Shown here piece by piece: positions 37,498 to 45,952 of a stretch of 58,177 nucleotides of DNA. The translations under genes and the position numbers were made by a program. This stretch comes from Pirellulales bacterium. GTDB lineage: Bacteria; Planctomycetota; Planctomycetia; Pirellulales; UBA1268. The stretch spans positions 1 to 58,177 of the forward strand of contig JBBDNW010000231.1 of assembly GCA_040877375.1 (NCBI GenBank), given 5' to 3'. How positions within the stretch are numbered: the first letter of the stretch is position 1; every line of letters starts with the position of its first letter. The notes beneath the pieces are model-generated. The model did no database searches. It had not been told where the DNA came from and saw only the letters and a program-made list of their open reading frames with translations.

Positions 37498-37795
37498 CCA
37501 GGAAGCCCCAAGCGCGAGCGCGGGGAAAACGTCCGCTACCCCAACCCGCTCCGCACCACGCCTACGCTCCCCACCCGGTTTCCCATCGCTCGCGCTCCGG
37601 GCTTTTTGCCAGGAAGCCCCAAGCGCGAGCGCGGGGAAAACGTCCGCCACCCCAACCCGCTCCGCACCACGCCTACGCTCGCCACCCGGTTTCCCATCGC
37701 TCGCGCTCCGGGCTTTTTGTGGGCCACCGTCAGAAAGCCCCAAGCGCGAGCGCGGGGAAAACGTCCGCTACCCCAACCCGCTCCGCACCACGCCC
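37498..37795 (-). repeat. Tandem array (about 2.6 units, period 111 bp) of the module-D hairpin element
   Basis: Units lie at 37498-37608 and 37609-37719, with a partial third at about 37729-37795. Each unit is 'ccaggaagccccaagcgcgagcgcggggaaaacgtccgc.accccaacccgctccgcaccacgcctacgctc.ccacccggtttcccatcgctcgcgctccgggctttttg', with internal inverted arms about 55 nt apart. Confidence 0.9.
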
Positions 37796-37812
37796 AACCC
37801 GCCACTCGCCGA

Positions 37813-39294
37813 TCATCGCATCTTCGCATCGGGAAGCGTTGGCTTGATCCCGTCGTCAATCGGCATCGTGTCGCGGCCCTGATCGAGGCCGAACGACGAC
37901 AGCAGGCCGGTCAACTGCCGTTCGAGGTCGGCCCGCGTCGCCGCATGGGCCGGATCGGCCGCGAGGTTGTGCCGCTCTTCCGGATCCTCATCGAGGGCGT
38001 AAAGCTCGGGGAGGTGGCGATCGGGTGAGCCGTCCCCGTGCGGGTAGCGGATGAACTTGAAGCGGTCGGTGCGGATGCCGCGGACGTTGGGCGTATACGG
38101 AAACTGCTTCTCGTAGTTGTATTCGTAGAGCCATGCCGTTCTCCATTCCGGATCGCCCTCGTTGCACAGCCTCACCCACGAGCGACCGTGAATGGACTCG
38201 AGCTCTGGTGCACGGCATGTTTCCAGGATGCTCGGTGCCACGTCCTCCACGAGCACCAGCTGCGAAACAAGCGTGCCGGCGGGCAGGCCGGGGCCACGGG
38301 CGATTATCGGGACTCGGATACTCGGCTCATGCATGGCGCGCTTGTCGACCATGCCGTGCTCGCCTTCGAGAAGACCGTTGTCGCCCATGAAGATCACGAG
38401 CGTGTTCTCGAACTGGCCCGATGCCTTCAGGAAGTCGACCAGCCGACCCACGCTGTCGTCGACCGAGAGCACCGTTCCCCAGTAGGCATGCACCATCTTT
38501 TCAAAGTCCTTCACGGCCTCAGGTCGCGGGTCGGGGAATTTCTTCCGCCATTCGAAAAGCGGGCCGTAGATGCCGTGCCACGTCGTGAGCCGCTGGCGGA
38601 TCCAGTCGGGCTTGTCGGCCAGATCGAAGGCACTGGCCGGGTAGGGCACCGGCACTTTGTCGAACGAGTGCTCGTACCTCGGCTCGGGAACGTAGAAAGA
38701 GTGGGGCGCCTTGTGGCCCAGGCAGAGAGCCCACGGGGCTCCCTGTGGCTGTCGCTTCAGCCAGTCGAGGCAGAAGTCGGTGACGACGGTCGTGTAGTAG
38801 ACCGGCGGCGTCTCGCGTCGCTCACCGTTGACGTTCCACTCGGTGCCAAAATATTTCCCCTGCCCCTTGTGGGACACGAACCAGTCGAAACCAGGCCGGG
38901 GCGCGTCGTTGTCCTCCCCCATGTGCCACTTGCCGACGTAGGCGGTGGCATAACCGTGCTCACGGAGCCGGCCGGGCCAGTGCGGGAGTCGCGGGGGCAG
39001 CTCCGTAAAGTTGTTTCGCACGCCGTGGGCATGGGCATAGAGTCCGGTGAGCATGCTGGCCCTGCTGGGTGAGCAGAGCGACGTGGTGCAAAACGCATTG
39101 CCAAACCGCACTCCCCCGGCGGCGAGCGCATCGATGTGGGGCGTGTTCACGTGGGGTGAGCCGTAGCAGCCGATGGCATCGGGCCGCAGGTCATCGCAGA
39201 GAATGAGCAGCACGTTGGGACGCTCGGCTGCGGTGCCCGTAGCAGCGACGAAGAGGCCGCCGAGAACGGCGGCCATCACGGTGCGCGATCGCAT
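37813..39294 (-). CDS. Formylglycine-dependent sulfatase (arylsulfatase/N-acetylglucosamine-6-sulfatase-like)
   Basis: It has a signal peptide, PNVLLILCDDLR, and the sulfatase signature SLCSPSRASMLTG. Confidence 0.9.
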   Translation of the reverse strand: MRSRTVMAAVLGGLFVAATGTAAERPNVLLILCDDLRPDAIGCYGSPHVNTPHIDALAAGGVRFGNAFCTTSLCSPSRASMLTGLYAHAHGVRNNFTELPPRLPHWPGRLREHGYATAYVGKWHMGEDNDAPRPGFDWFVSHKGQGKYFGTEWNVNGERRETPPVYYTTVVTDFCLDWLKRQPQGAPWALCLGHKAPHSFYVPEPRYEHSFDKVPVPYPASAFDLADKPDWIRQRLTTWHGIYGPLFEWRKKFPDPRPEAVKDFEKMVHAYWGTVLSVDDSVGRLVDFLKASGQFENTLVIFMGDNGLLEGEHGMVDKRAMHEPSIRVPIIARGPGLPAGTLVSQLVLVEDVAPSILETCRAPELESIHGRSWVRLCNEGDPEWRTAWLYEYNYEKQFPYTPNVRGIRTDRFKFIRYPHGDGSPDRHLPELYALDEDPEERHNLAADPAHAATRADLERQLTGLLSSFGLDQGRDTMPIDDGIKPTLPDAKMR

Positions 39295-39334
39295 GACGTA
39301 TCTCCATGAGACGGATGCCTCCGCATTCTAGAGC

Positions 39335-39435
39335 GAATCCGCCTTTGGTGGAGCGTTGAGATGGCACGTTGGAGGAGGGAGGCGAGGGGGTCGGCGAACG
39401 CTCTTAGGAGCCTTGGGCGTATCCTCGCCCACGGG
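39335..39435 (+). repeat. Intergenic repeat family: modules A + B
   Basis: 'gaatccgcctttggtggagcgttgagatggcacgttggaggagggaggcgagggggtcggcgaacgctcttaggagcc'. Confidence 0.8.
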
Positions 39436-39439
39436 CCAC

Positions 39440-40429
39440 TCAGTCTCCGACGGGCCGCTCGGCGCTGGGATTGATCGCCAACGCGCCGATCTTCATGGCG
39501 TTTTGCTTCTCGCGGACGAGTTCGAGCACGTCGGGGGGCATCTTCTGGGTCCAGCCATGCCACGGAGCGAGCACCGCGCCACCGCGGGCGAGTGAGCAAA
39601 AATCGTGATAGCTCTCGCCGCGGATCATGCCGGCAGCCGACAACTTGACGACATGGTCGATGAGCGGGGTCATGCTCCACACCGGACCGGTGAGGACCGT
39701 GTCGGGGCCCTCACTGCTCTGGTCGATAAGGTTGCCGAACGCGAGCGCACCCTTCTCACGGGCACCGGCGATGGCCCCCTCGCGCTCCGCCCAGATCACG
39801 TCGGCGCCGGCGGCGACCTGCTCGATGGCGGCTTGCTTCGCCCTGGGAGGGTCGTACCAGGAGTTGATGAAGGTCACCTTCACCTTGGCGGCCGGATTGG
39901 TGTCGCGAACGCCCTGCATGTAGGCATTGATGGCCCGGTGCACCTGGACGTCGCTTCGGCCGGCGACGACGCCGACGATGTTTGATTTTGTGACCCGCCC
40001 GGCAACGACGCCGCAGAGATACGCCGGCTCGGAGAGGTTGCTGTCGAAGACGGAGACGTTTGGCGGAGCGGGGACCGCGGACGTGCCCACGACGAACGAA
40101 ATGCCCGGATTCGCGGCGGCGATCGCCTTGATGCCGTCAACGCCCTCCACTCCGTCGGCGATGACGATGTCCGGCCTGCGGATCAGAGCCGACTGGATTC
40201 CCGAGGCGATGGCATTGGCTGACGAGAGCTTGTCTTGCCAGGCATAGGCGATCCGGCCGTTCTTGTCGGCGGCCTGAAGCGCCTGGTGGATGACCATGTT
40301 CCACGGCTCTTCCAGGGGCGTGGCATAGGCCGCGAACACCACCGGAATCTTCACGGGCGGGGCCGATTGGCCGTAACACGTGACCATCGTGGCAAGGGTG
40401 CAGGCAAGACAGAGGAGCAGGGAGCGCAT
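39440..40429 (-). CDS. BMP-family (Med/PnrA-like) periplasmic substrate-binding lipoprotein
   Basis: Track ORF 39440..40492, with the start at MRSLLLCLAC (ATG 40427-40429). The general BMP-like layout is VVFAAYATPLEEPWN...SFVVGTS...GVVAGR...INSWYDP. No ABC permease or ATPase genes are adjacent. Confidence 0.65.
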   Translation of the reverse strand: MRSLLLCLACTLATMVTCYGQSAPPVKIPVVFAAYATPLEEPWNMVIHQALQAADKNGRIAYAWQDKLSSANAIASGIQSALIRRPDIVIADGVEGVDGIKAIAAANPGISFVVGTSAVPAPPNVSVFDSNLSEPAYLCGVVAGRVTKSNIVGVVAGRSDVQVHRAINAYMQGVRDTNPAAKVKVTFINSWYDPPRAKQAAIEQVAAGADVIWAEREGAIAGAREKGALAFGNLIDQSSEGPDTVLTGPVWSMTPLIDHVVKLSAAGMIRGESYHDFCSLARGGAVLAPWHGWTQKMPPDVLELVREKQNAMKIGALAINPSAERPVGD

Positions 40430-40543
40430 GGCATCACCTCCGGGGAGCGGCTGACCCTCAGAGCCTAGCGAACCCCCGGCGGCCCCGCCCATCCCGGATT
40501 ACGGCCGTCAAACCGCCTCCCCGGCTGGGTTTTCACCGCCCGC

Positions 40544-40590
40544 CGTCAGGAAGCCCCAAGCGCCAGCGCGGGGAAATCGCCCGCCACACC
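40544..40590 (-). repeat. Intergenic repeat family: module D (reverse orientation)
   Basis: 'gtcaggaagccccaagcgccagcgcggggaaatcgc'. Confidence 0.8.
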
Positions 40591-40597
40591 AGCCAGC

Positions 40598-41599
40598 TTA
40601 GATCTGCCAGTCGATGTCTGGCTCGGGCATCTCGCCCCGCATTCGGAGCTTGGGTCTCTCGAGCACGACCGTCGTGTGCGGATCAACCGACCGCGTGAGC
40701 CAAACGTTGCTGCCGATCACGGAGTCATGGCCGATGCGGGTCGCACCGCCGAGGACCGTCGCATTGGCATAGATCACCACGCGGTCGCCAATCGTCGGAT
40801 GCCGTTTGGTGCCGCGAACAAGGTGGCCGTCGGCGTCGGTCTGAAACGACAAAGCCCCGAGCGTGACACCCTGGTAGAGCTTCACGTGGCTGCCGATCTC
40901 ACACGACTCACCGATCACCACGCCCGTGCCATGGTCGATGAAGAAGTGATCGCCGATCGTGGCACCCGGATGGATGTCGATCCCGGTCCGCCCGTGGGCC
41001 CACTCCGCCATCATCCTGGGAATCAGCGGCACATCGAGCTGGTGGAGCAGGTGCGCGAGCCGATGGATCGTGACGGCCTCGAGGCCGGGATAGCAGAAGA
41101 TCACCTCGTCGAGCGTGCGCACGGCCGGGTCGCCGTCATAGGCGGCCTGGACGTCGGTGGCGAGCACCCGCCGTAGGTCGGGAATCCGCTCGAGAAACTC
41201 AACCGCCTTGGCTTGACCGAGGGCCTCGAAGTCACCTTCCTCGGTGCACTGCCGGACGGCATCGGGCACTGCCGGCAACTCGACGCCCTGCTCGGCAGCC
41301 GTCCGCCGGGCCGAGACACTGTGGCGGAGGGCGCGGCCGATCTGCGCGGTGAGCTTGTCGTGAAGCCCGTCGATCAGGTCACCGACGTGATACGTCACGT
41401 TGCCAAGATGGAGGTTTTCCCGCCGCCGGTACCCGGGGTAGAGAATCTCCTTGAGGTCCTCACAGGCCGAGATGATCGTCTCGTAGTTCGGCAACGGGCA
41501 GTGGCCGAGATAGTGGATCGTCGGGACGTCCTGATACGTCTCGATGATCCGCCGGGTCAACTCGGGCAACTGTTCCTTGATCCGGACGTCGGTGGCCAT
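40598..41599 (-). CDS. cysE: Serine O-acetyltransferase (long form)
   Basis: The hexapeptide region is [43 protein letters not shown]...[18 protein letters not shown]. Confidence 0.85.
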   Translation of the reverse strand: MATDVRIKEQLPELTRRIIETYQDVPTIHYLGHCPLPNYETIISACEDLKEILYPGYRRRENLHLGNVTYHVGDLIDGLHDKLTAQIGRALRHSVSARRTAAEQGVELPAVPDAVRQCTEEGDFEALGQAKAVEFLERIPDLRRVLATDVQAAYDGDPAVRTLDEVIFCYPGLEAVTIHRLAHLLHQLDVPLIPRMMAEWAHGRTGIDIHPGATIGDHFFIDHGTGVVIGESCEIGSHVKLYQGVTLGALSFQTDADGHLVRGTKRHPTIGDRVVIYANATVLGGATRIGHDSVIGSNVWLTRSVDPHTTVVLERPKLRMRGEMPEPDIDWQI

Positions 41600-41747
41600 G
41601 AGAGTCGATCGTAAACGCGGTGAAGGGACCCGGCAAATCGTGCTGACGGTACGGTCGGCGGAATCCGGCCATGAAATTGAGGCTTCCGCAGATTCACCGG
41701 GCCAAACCCCGGCTCGCCCATGCCCTGGAGAACCCTGGCAGGATGGT

Positions 41748-41795
41748 CCGCCGGAAACCAGTGCGGCTCATGCTCGGTTGGCCCACTGCCGGCGG
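41748..41795 (-). terminator. Two-part hairpin just downstream of the hisA stop
   Basis: Minus strand: ccgccgg-cagtg-(20 nt)-cactg-gttt-ccggcgg. There is no U-tract. Confidence 0.35.
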
Positions 41796-41806
41796 GCGGG
41801 CAACCT

Positions 41807-42526
41807 TCACGCGTCGCCGGCGGCGGCAATGGCGTCGGGGAGCGTGAAGGCGTCGTCGTAGAGCGCGCGGCCGACGATGCAGCCGGTGCAGCCGATGACG
41901 GCTACGTGGCGAATGTCGTCGAGCGTGGCGATGCCCCCCGAGGCGATCACGGGCGTCGGCGAGACGCCGAGCATCTCCTCGAGCGCTGCAATGTTGGGAC
42001 CAGCCAGCGTGCCGTCGGTGGCGATGTCGGTGTAGACGATGGCAGCCAGCGGAAGGTCGGCATGCCGCCGGGCGACATCGACTGCCAATAGCATGCTCGT
42101 GTCGAGCCAGCCGCGGACGGCGACCTTTCCATCGCGGGCATCGAGACCGAGCACGACGCGGCCTGGATACTCGTGGGCCATACGGATGAGGAGCTCGGGC
42201 TGCTCGATCGCGACACTGCCCACGATCACCCGCTCGAGCCCGGCGGCGAGATAGGCCGCCGCAGTCTCGAACGTGCGAATGCCTCCGCCCACTTGGCAGG
42301 AGATACCCGCGGCCCGTGCCATTCGGCCAACGAGATCGGCCTGCACCGGCTCACCAGCCTTGGCTCCGTCGAGATCCACGATGTGGAGCCGCCGCGCGCC
42401 GCCGGCGAGGAAACGGCGGACCATCGCCACAGGATCGTCGCCAAACACGGTCTCCCGGGCATAGTCGCCCTGCAGCAGGCGAACGCACTTGCCTCCTCGC
42501 AGATCGATCGCCGGCCAGAGTTGCAT
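41807..42526 (-). CDS. hisA: 1-(5-phosphoribosyl)-5-[(5-phosphoribosylamino)methylideneamino]imidazole-4-carboxamide isomerase
   Basis: Track ORF 41807..42772, with the start at MQLWPAIDLRGGKCVRLLQGDY (ATG 42524-42526). Motifs: HIVDLDGA...GGGIR...ASGGI. Confidence 0.9.
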   Translation of the reverse strand: MQLWPAIDLRGGKCVRLLQGDYARETVFGDDPVAMVRRFLAGGARRLHIVDLDGAKAGEPVQADLVGRMARAAGISCQVGGGIRTFETAAAYLAAGLERVIVGSVAIEQPELLIRMAHEYPGRVVLGLDARDGKVAVRGWLDTSMLLAVDVARRHADLPLAAIVYTDIATDGTLAGPNIAALEEMLGVSPTPVIASGGIATLDDIRHVAVIGCTGCIVGRALYDDAFTLPDAIAAAGDA

Positions 42527-42551
42527 TGCGGGGCTCCGGGTGAAAGCAGGA

Positions 42552-43151
42552 TCAGTCGCGGCTGATAAACCGGGCCAGCAGTTCGAGCCCTGCCGCCTGG
42601 CTCTTCTCGGGATGAAACTGCGTGGCAAACAACCGCCCACGGGACACGGCCGAGCAAAACTCGCCGCCGTAATCGGTGACGGCCGCCACCAGCGAGTCGT
42701 CTTTCGGGCGAGCGTGGTAGGAGTGCACGAAGTAGTACCAGCCGCCCGCATCGGCCGGCTGCGAACCCCCACGCCACGCCACCGTATTCCAGCCCATGTG
42801 GGGCACCTTCATGCCAGCGGAAACCTCAAACCGCACGACCTCGCCAGGCAGCACCCCGAGCCCCGCGTGACGGCCGCCCTCCCAGCCCGTTTCGAACAGC
42901 AACTGCAGGCCCATGCAGATCCCGAAGAAGGGCTTGTCGGCCCGGACGTGGGCCACCAGCGGCTCGACCAGCCCGCGGCCATGCAACGCCCGCATCGCAT
43001 CGCCAAAAGCGCCCACACCGGGCAGCACCACTCGGCCGGCCTTGGCCACGACCTCGGGATCGTCGGTGATCAGCGCCTCGGCACCGAGCCGCTCAAAGGC
43101 CTTCTGCACGCTCCGCAAGTTGCCGCTGCCGTAATCGACGATCGTGACCAT
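42552..43151 (-). CDS. hisH: Imidazole glycerol phosphate synthase, glutamine amidotransferase subunit
   Basis: MVTIVDYGSGNLRSVQKAFERLG...LPGVGAFGDAM...GICMGLQLL...YFVHSY...QFHPEKS. Confidence 0.95.
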   Translation of the reverse strand: MVTIVDYGSGNLRSVQKAFERLGAEALITDDPEVVAKAGRVVLPGVGAFGDAMRALHGRGLVEPLVAHVRADKPFFGICMGLQLLFETGWEGGRHAGLGVLPGEVVRFEVSAGMKVPHMGWNTVAWRGGSQPADAGGWYYFVHSYHARPKDDSLVAAVTDYGGEFCSAVSRGRLFATQFHPEKSQAAGLELLARFISRD

Positions 43152-43235
43152 GCTCGCAGTCTAACCACTTTCTAAAGCTGCCGGAGCACCCATGGGGCTA
43201 CAGCTGCGACCCGCGAAGATCGGCAGTGGCAGGGC

Positions 43236-44111
43236 TTATCGGCCAGCGGTCTCGGTCGCCGCGGCACGGTCGGGATACACGACCAGTTCGACCCGCCTGT
43301 TTCGAGCGCGGCCGACCGACGTGGCATTGGAGACGAGCGGATGGTTCGCCCCGTGGGCCACGAGAAAGAGCTGGTTCTCGTGCATCGACGTGCGGGTCGT
43401 CAGGAAGTCGAAGACGGCGGCCGACCGGGCGGCGGTCAACTGATGGGGTGACGTCCAGGAGGCATTCTGCAAGGGCTCCGTGTCAACGTGACCCTCGATT
43501 CCGATGAAGTGCCCCGGGTAGACCCGTTCCAGTTCGTTCGACACCTGCGTGAGCACCGCCGCTCCCTCGGGGAGCAGGTTTGCGGTGCCGTCGTCGAAGA
43601 GCCGGTCGGCTGGGATATCGATCCGGATCACGGCGCCGTCGAACCGCGGCTGCAGTTCTGGGAGCTTGAGTTGCGTCATGGCCGACTGCATGACGACGGG
43701 AGTCGTCGACACGCCGCCGTCACTACTCGTACGGGGCGGCTTGTCGGCGGCTCCCGGGGGCATGCCCGCGACCCGCGCCTGCGCAAGCTGCGACGAGGTG
43801 CTCGCAAGTTGGTCGCGAAGCGCCGCAATCTCGTCCTGCATGACCTGCGATTCCTGCTGCGTGCGGACGAGCGCCGCCTCGAGCTTTGGTCCGTCGACAT
43901 CGGCGTAGGATGGCGGCGCAAAAGAAGATGACGCCTGCGGGATCGTGTGCGCCGGAGCGGCCACACCGGGAGGCGGCTCGAGGCTCGGGGGGGCCAGCGA
44001 CTGCTGCTTCTTGAACGGATTGCTCACGCAGCCGCCTGCGATCACCACCGCTGCCACAGCCAAGGCCGTGACGCGGCGGGCGCGTTCGTGGTGCGGGTGC
44101 AGCGGCGGCAT
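43236..44111 (-). CDS. OmpA/MotB-domain lipoprotein with a coiled-coil segment
   Basis: The lipobox is VVIAGGC. The C-terminal OmpA-like domain is FDDGTANLLPEGAAVL...GHVDTEPL...LTAARSAAVFDFL...GANHPLVSNATSVGRARNRRVELVV. Confidence 0.8.
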   Translation of the reverse strand: MPPLHPHHERARRVTALAVAAVVIAGGCVSNPFKKQQSLAPPSLEPPPGVAAPAHTIPQASSSFAPPSYADVDGPKLEAALVRTQQESQVMQDEIAALRDQLASTSSQLAQARVAGMPPGAADKPPRTSSDGGVSTTPVVMQSAMTQLKLPELQPRFDGAVIRIDIPADRLFDDGTANLLPEGAAVLTQVSNELERVYPGHFIGIEGHVDTEPLQNASWTSPHQLTAARSAAVFDFLTTRTSMHENQLFLVAHGANHPLVSNATSVGRARNRRVELVVYPDRAAATETAGR

Positions 44112-44202
44112 GCAGACTCTCCGGCCCGAGGGTGAACGGGCCGAGATGGTAGGGAAGGTGCGGCGGGTGGGGCAAGGCCGCCACGGGGCCGCAAATCACC
44201 GG

Positions 44203-45357
44203 TCATCCAGCCTCAATGGGACGGATCGTGTGCCAGATCCACAGGGTGATGGCGGTCAGCGCGATCACCGCCCCCACCACGATCGCCAGTTCCTCCGGCC
44301 GGTCGAAGAACTCGCCGGTTCGTTCCCACAGCGGTCGCCACCAGACGACGACGGCGGCAGCTCCGAGGCAGAGGCTGGGGCCGAAGGGGAGTTCTGTCTC
44401 ACTCCGGACGACGATCTGCACAACGCCGTGCACGAGCCCGATGAATACAGCCAGAAAACAGATCAGCACGCAGGGCTGCCAGCCAAGCCAACTGCCGACC
44501 ATCGCCATCAGCGTGACATCACCGAGGCCCATCGCCTCCCGGCCGAGGGCACGGGAGGCGCCGGCCCGCGTCAGCCAGATGATGCCGGCAGCCACGGCCA
44601 ACCCCGCGAGCGATGACGCCAGCCCGCGCCAGTGAAGGCCTCCGGCGATCCACGCGTTGCCGATGATTCCGGCACCGACGACCGCGACGAGATTCCTCGG
44701 CTCGATCATGCCGCGTCGCCACCACGGCATCGCGACGGTCGCCACTCCGGAGGGCTCCGTTCCCACCAACCACCAGATCGCGAAGATCGAGACAGCCACC
44801 AGCAGTCCGAAGACCGAGGGCGACGAGCCCAGCCACGCCGGCCAAAGGTCGCGCAGGCCGCCGAATGCACCGAGCACGTCGCCCTCGAGCAGAGGCGGCG
44901 CGAACGACCGCGGCATCTCGCGGGCGATCGGCAGGAGGACATCGGGCCAGAGGGCGACTGCCATCATGCCCACGAGCACCCCCGGGACCGTGATGATGTC
45001 CGGAATGACACGGTGCCGCAGATCGACCCAGGTCGCCGCAGCCAAGAGCAGCAGCAGGACCAAATGGCCCGCACATCGAACGGCGAGCGAAAGCCCGTCG
45101 TAGGCGGTCGGCATGCCGATGCCCATGGGCAGTTGCCCGCGCATCCGCACTTCCCACCACCACGTCGCGACGGCGGCGGCCGCTATGGCCACGATTACTG
45201 CGCGGTCGAGAAGCCGCCGGCCCCGCGGCAGAGGCTCGACGAGGTGGCCGACGGCTGACGCCAGCAACCGCCCCGCCGCGATCCCTACGACGGCCACAAT
45301 CAGGCCTGCCATGAATCCATCCGCGGCCACGACCGTGGCGATGTGCCCAAGACTCAT
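44203..45357 (-). CDS. Prepilin peptidase (A24 aspartic peptidase family)
   Basis: Track ORF 44203..45708, with the start at MSLGHIATV (ATG 45355-45357), which overlaps the aroK stop (ATGA). It is polytopic, with the two Asp motifs RVIPDIITVPG and MGLGDVTLMAMVG. Confidence 0.8.
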   Translation of the reverse strand: MSLGHIATVVAADGFMAGLIVAVVGIAAGRLLASAVGHLVEPLPRGRRLLDRAVIVAIAAAAVATWWWEVRMRGQLPMGIGMPTAYDGLSLAVRCAGHLVLLLLLAAATWVDLRHRVIPDIITVPGVLVGMMAVALWPDVLLPIAREMPRSFAPPLLEGDVLGAFGGLRDLWPAWLGSSPSVFGLLVAVSIFAIWWLVGTEPSGVATVAMPWWRRGMIEPRNLVAVVGAGIIGNAWIAGGLHWRGLASSLAGLAVAAGIIWLTRAGASRALGREAMGLGDVTLMAMVGSWLGWQPCVLICFLAVFIGLVHGVVQIVVRSETELPFGPSLCLGAAAVVVWWRPLWERTGEFFDRPEELAIVVGAVIALTAITLWIWHTIRPIEAG

Positions 45358-45923
45358 GCGGACGACTCCGGCGCGGCTGTTCCGCTCCGTGCGGCTGCAT
45401 CCCATCGTTCGAGCCAGGCGACGATGGCATCCGCGAGGCGTTCCGGCGGATCGCGGGCCGTGTCGAACACCGCATCGGCGCATCCGCGATACAGAGGCTC
45501 GCGAGCGGCGAGCGTTTCGGCCACCTCGGCGAGCGGGTCTTCTCCTGAAAGGCCGGGCCGCCGGGCGGCGGTCGTCGGATCGGCGGCTAGCCGCGCCCGC
45601 ACCACCTCCGCCGGTGCGGTCAGCCACACGATCGGCCGGCCATGCTCCCGGAGCAGGTCGCGGTTTCCCGGCCGCAGCACGACCCCGCCGCCCGTCGCCA
45701 AGACACACGGCTCTCCGCCGAGCAGGCCGGCCAGCAGTTCCGCTTCCAAGTCACGAAACACCGGCTCGCCTCGCTCCCGCACAATTGCCGCGATCGAGAG
45801 GCCCACGCGCTCCTCGAGCACCGCGTCGGCGTCGTGCCACGGGATGCCCAGCCGGCAGGCGAGCAACGCCGCGACGGTCGACTTCCCACAGCCGCGGTAT
45901 CCGATCAGGGTGATCCTCGGCAT
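45354..45923 (-). CDS. aroK: Shikimate kinase
   Basis: Track ORF 45354..46094, with the start at MPRITLIGYRGCGKSTVAALLA (ATG 45921-45923). Motifs: P-loop GCGKST, ...ATGGGVV. Confidence 0.9.
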   Translation of the reverse strand: MPRITLIGYRGCGKSTVAALLACRLGIPWHDADAVLEERVGLSIAAIVRERGEPVFRDLEAELLAGLLGGEPCVLATGGGVVLRPGNRDLLREHGRPIVWLTAPAEVVRARLAADPTTAARRPGLSGEDPLAEVAETLAAREPLYRGCADAVFDTARDPPERLADAIVAWLERWDAAARSGTAAPESSA

Positions 45924-45952
45924 GAGACGATCGTTTCTCGAAGGGGCGGGCG

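Noticed and set aside
37498-37795. Possible CRISPR array (also considered for the 31-bp repeats at 26398-26490 and the 54-bp duplication at 8167-8282).
   Set aside because: The units abut directly or are separated by only 8-11 nt, so there are no unique spacers of CRISPR-like length. No cas genes are in the window. The 111-bp unit is far longer than a CRISPR repeat.
41600-41806. Possible riboswitch or leader upstream of cysE (207-nt untranslated gap).
   Set aside because: I could not recognise any known riboswitch core (SAM, glycine, etc.). The clearest structure (41748-41795) sits right after the hisA stop and is more simply a terminator or 3' stabiliser. This needs a covariance-model scan to settle.
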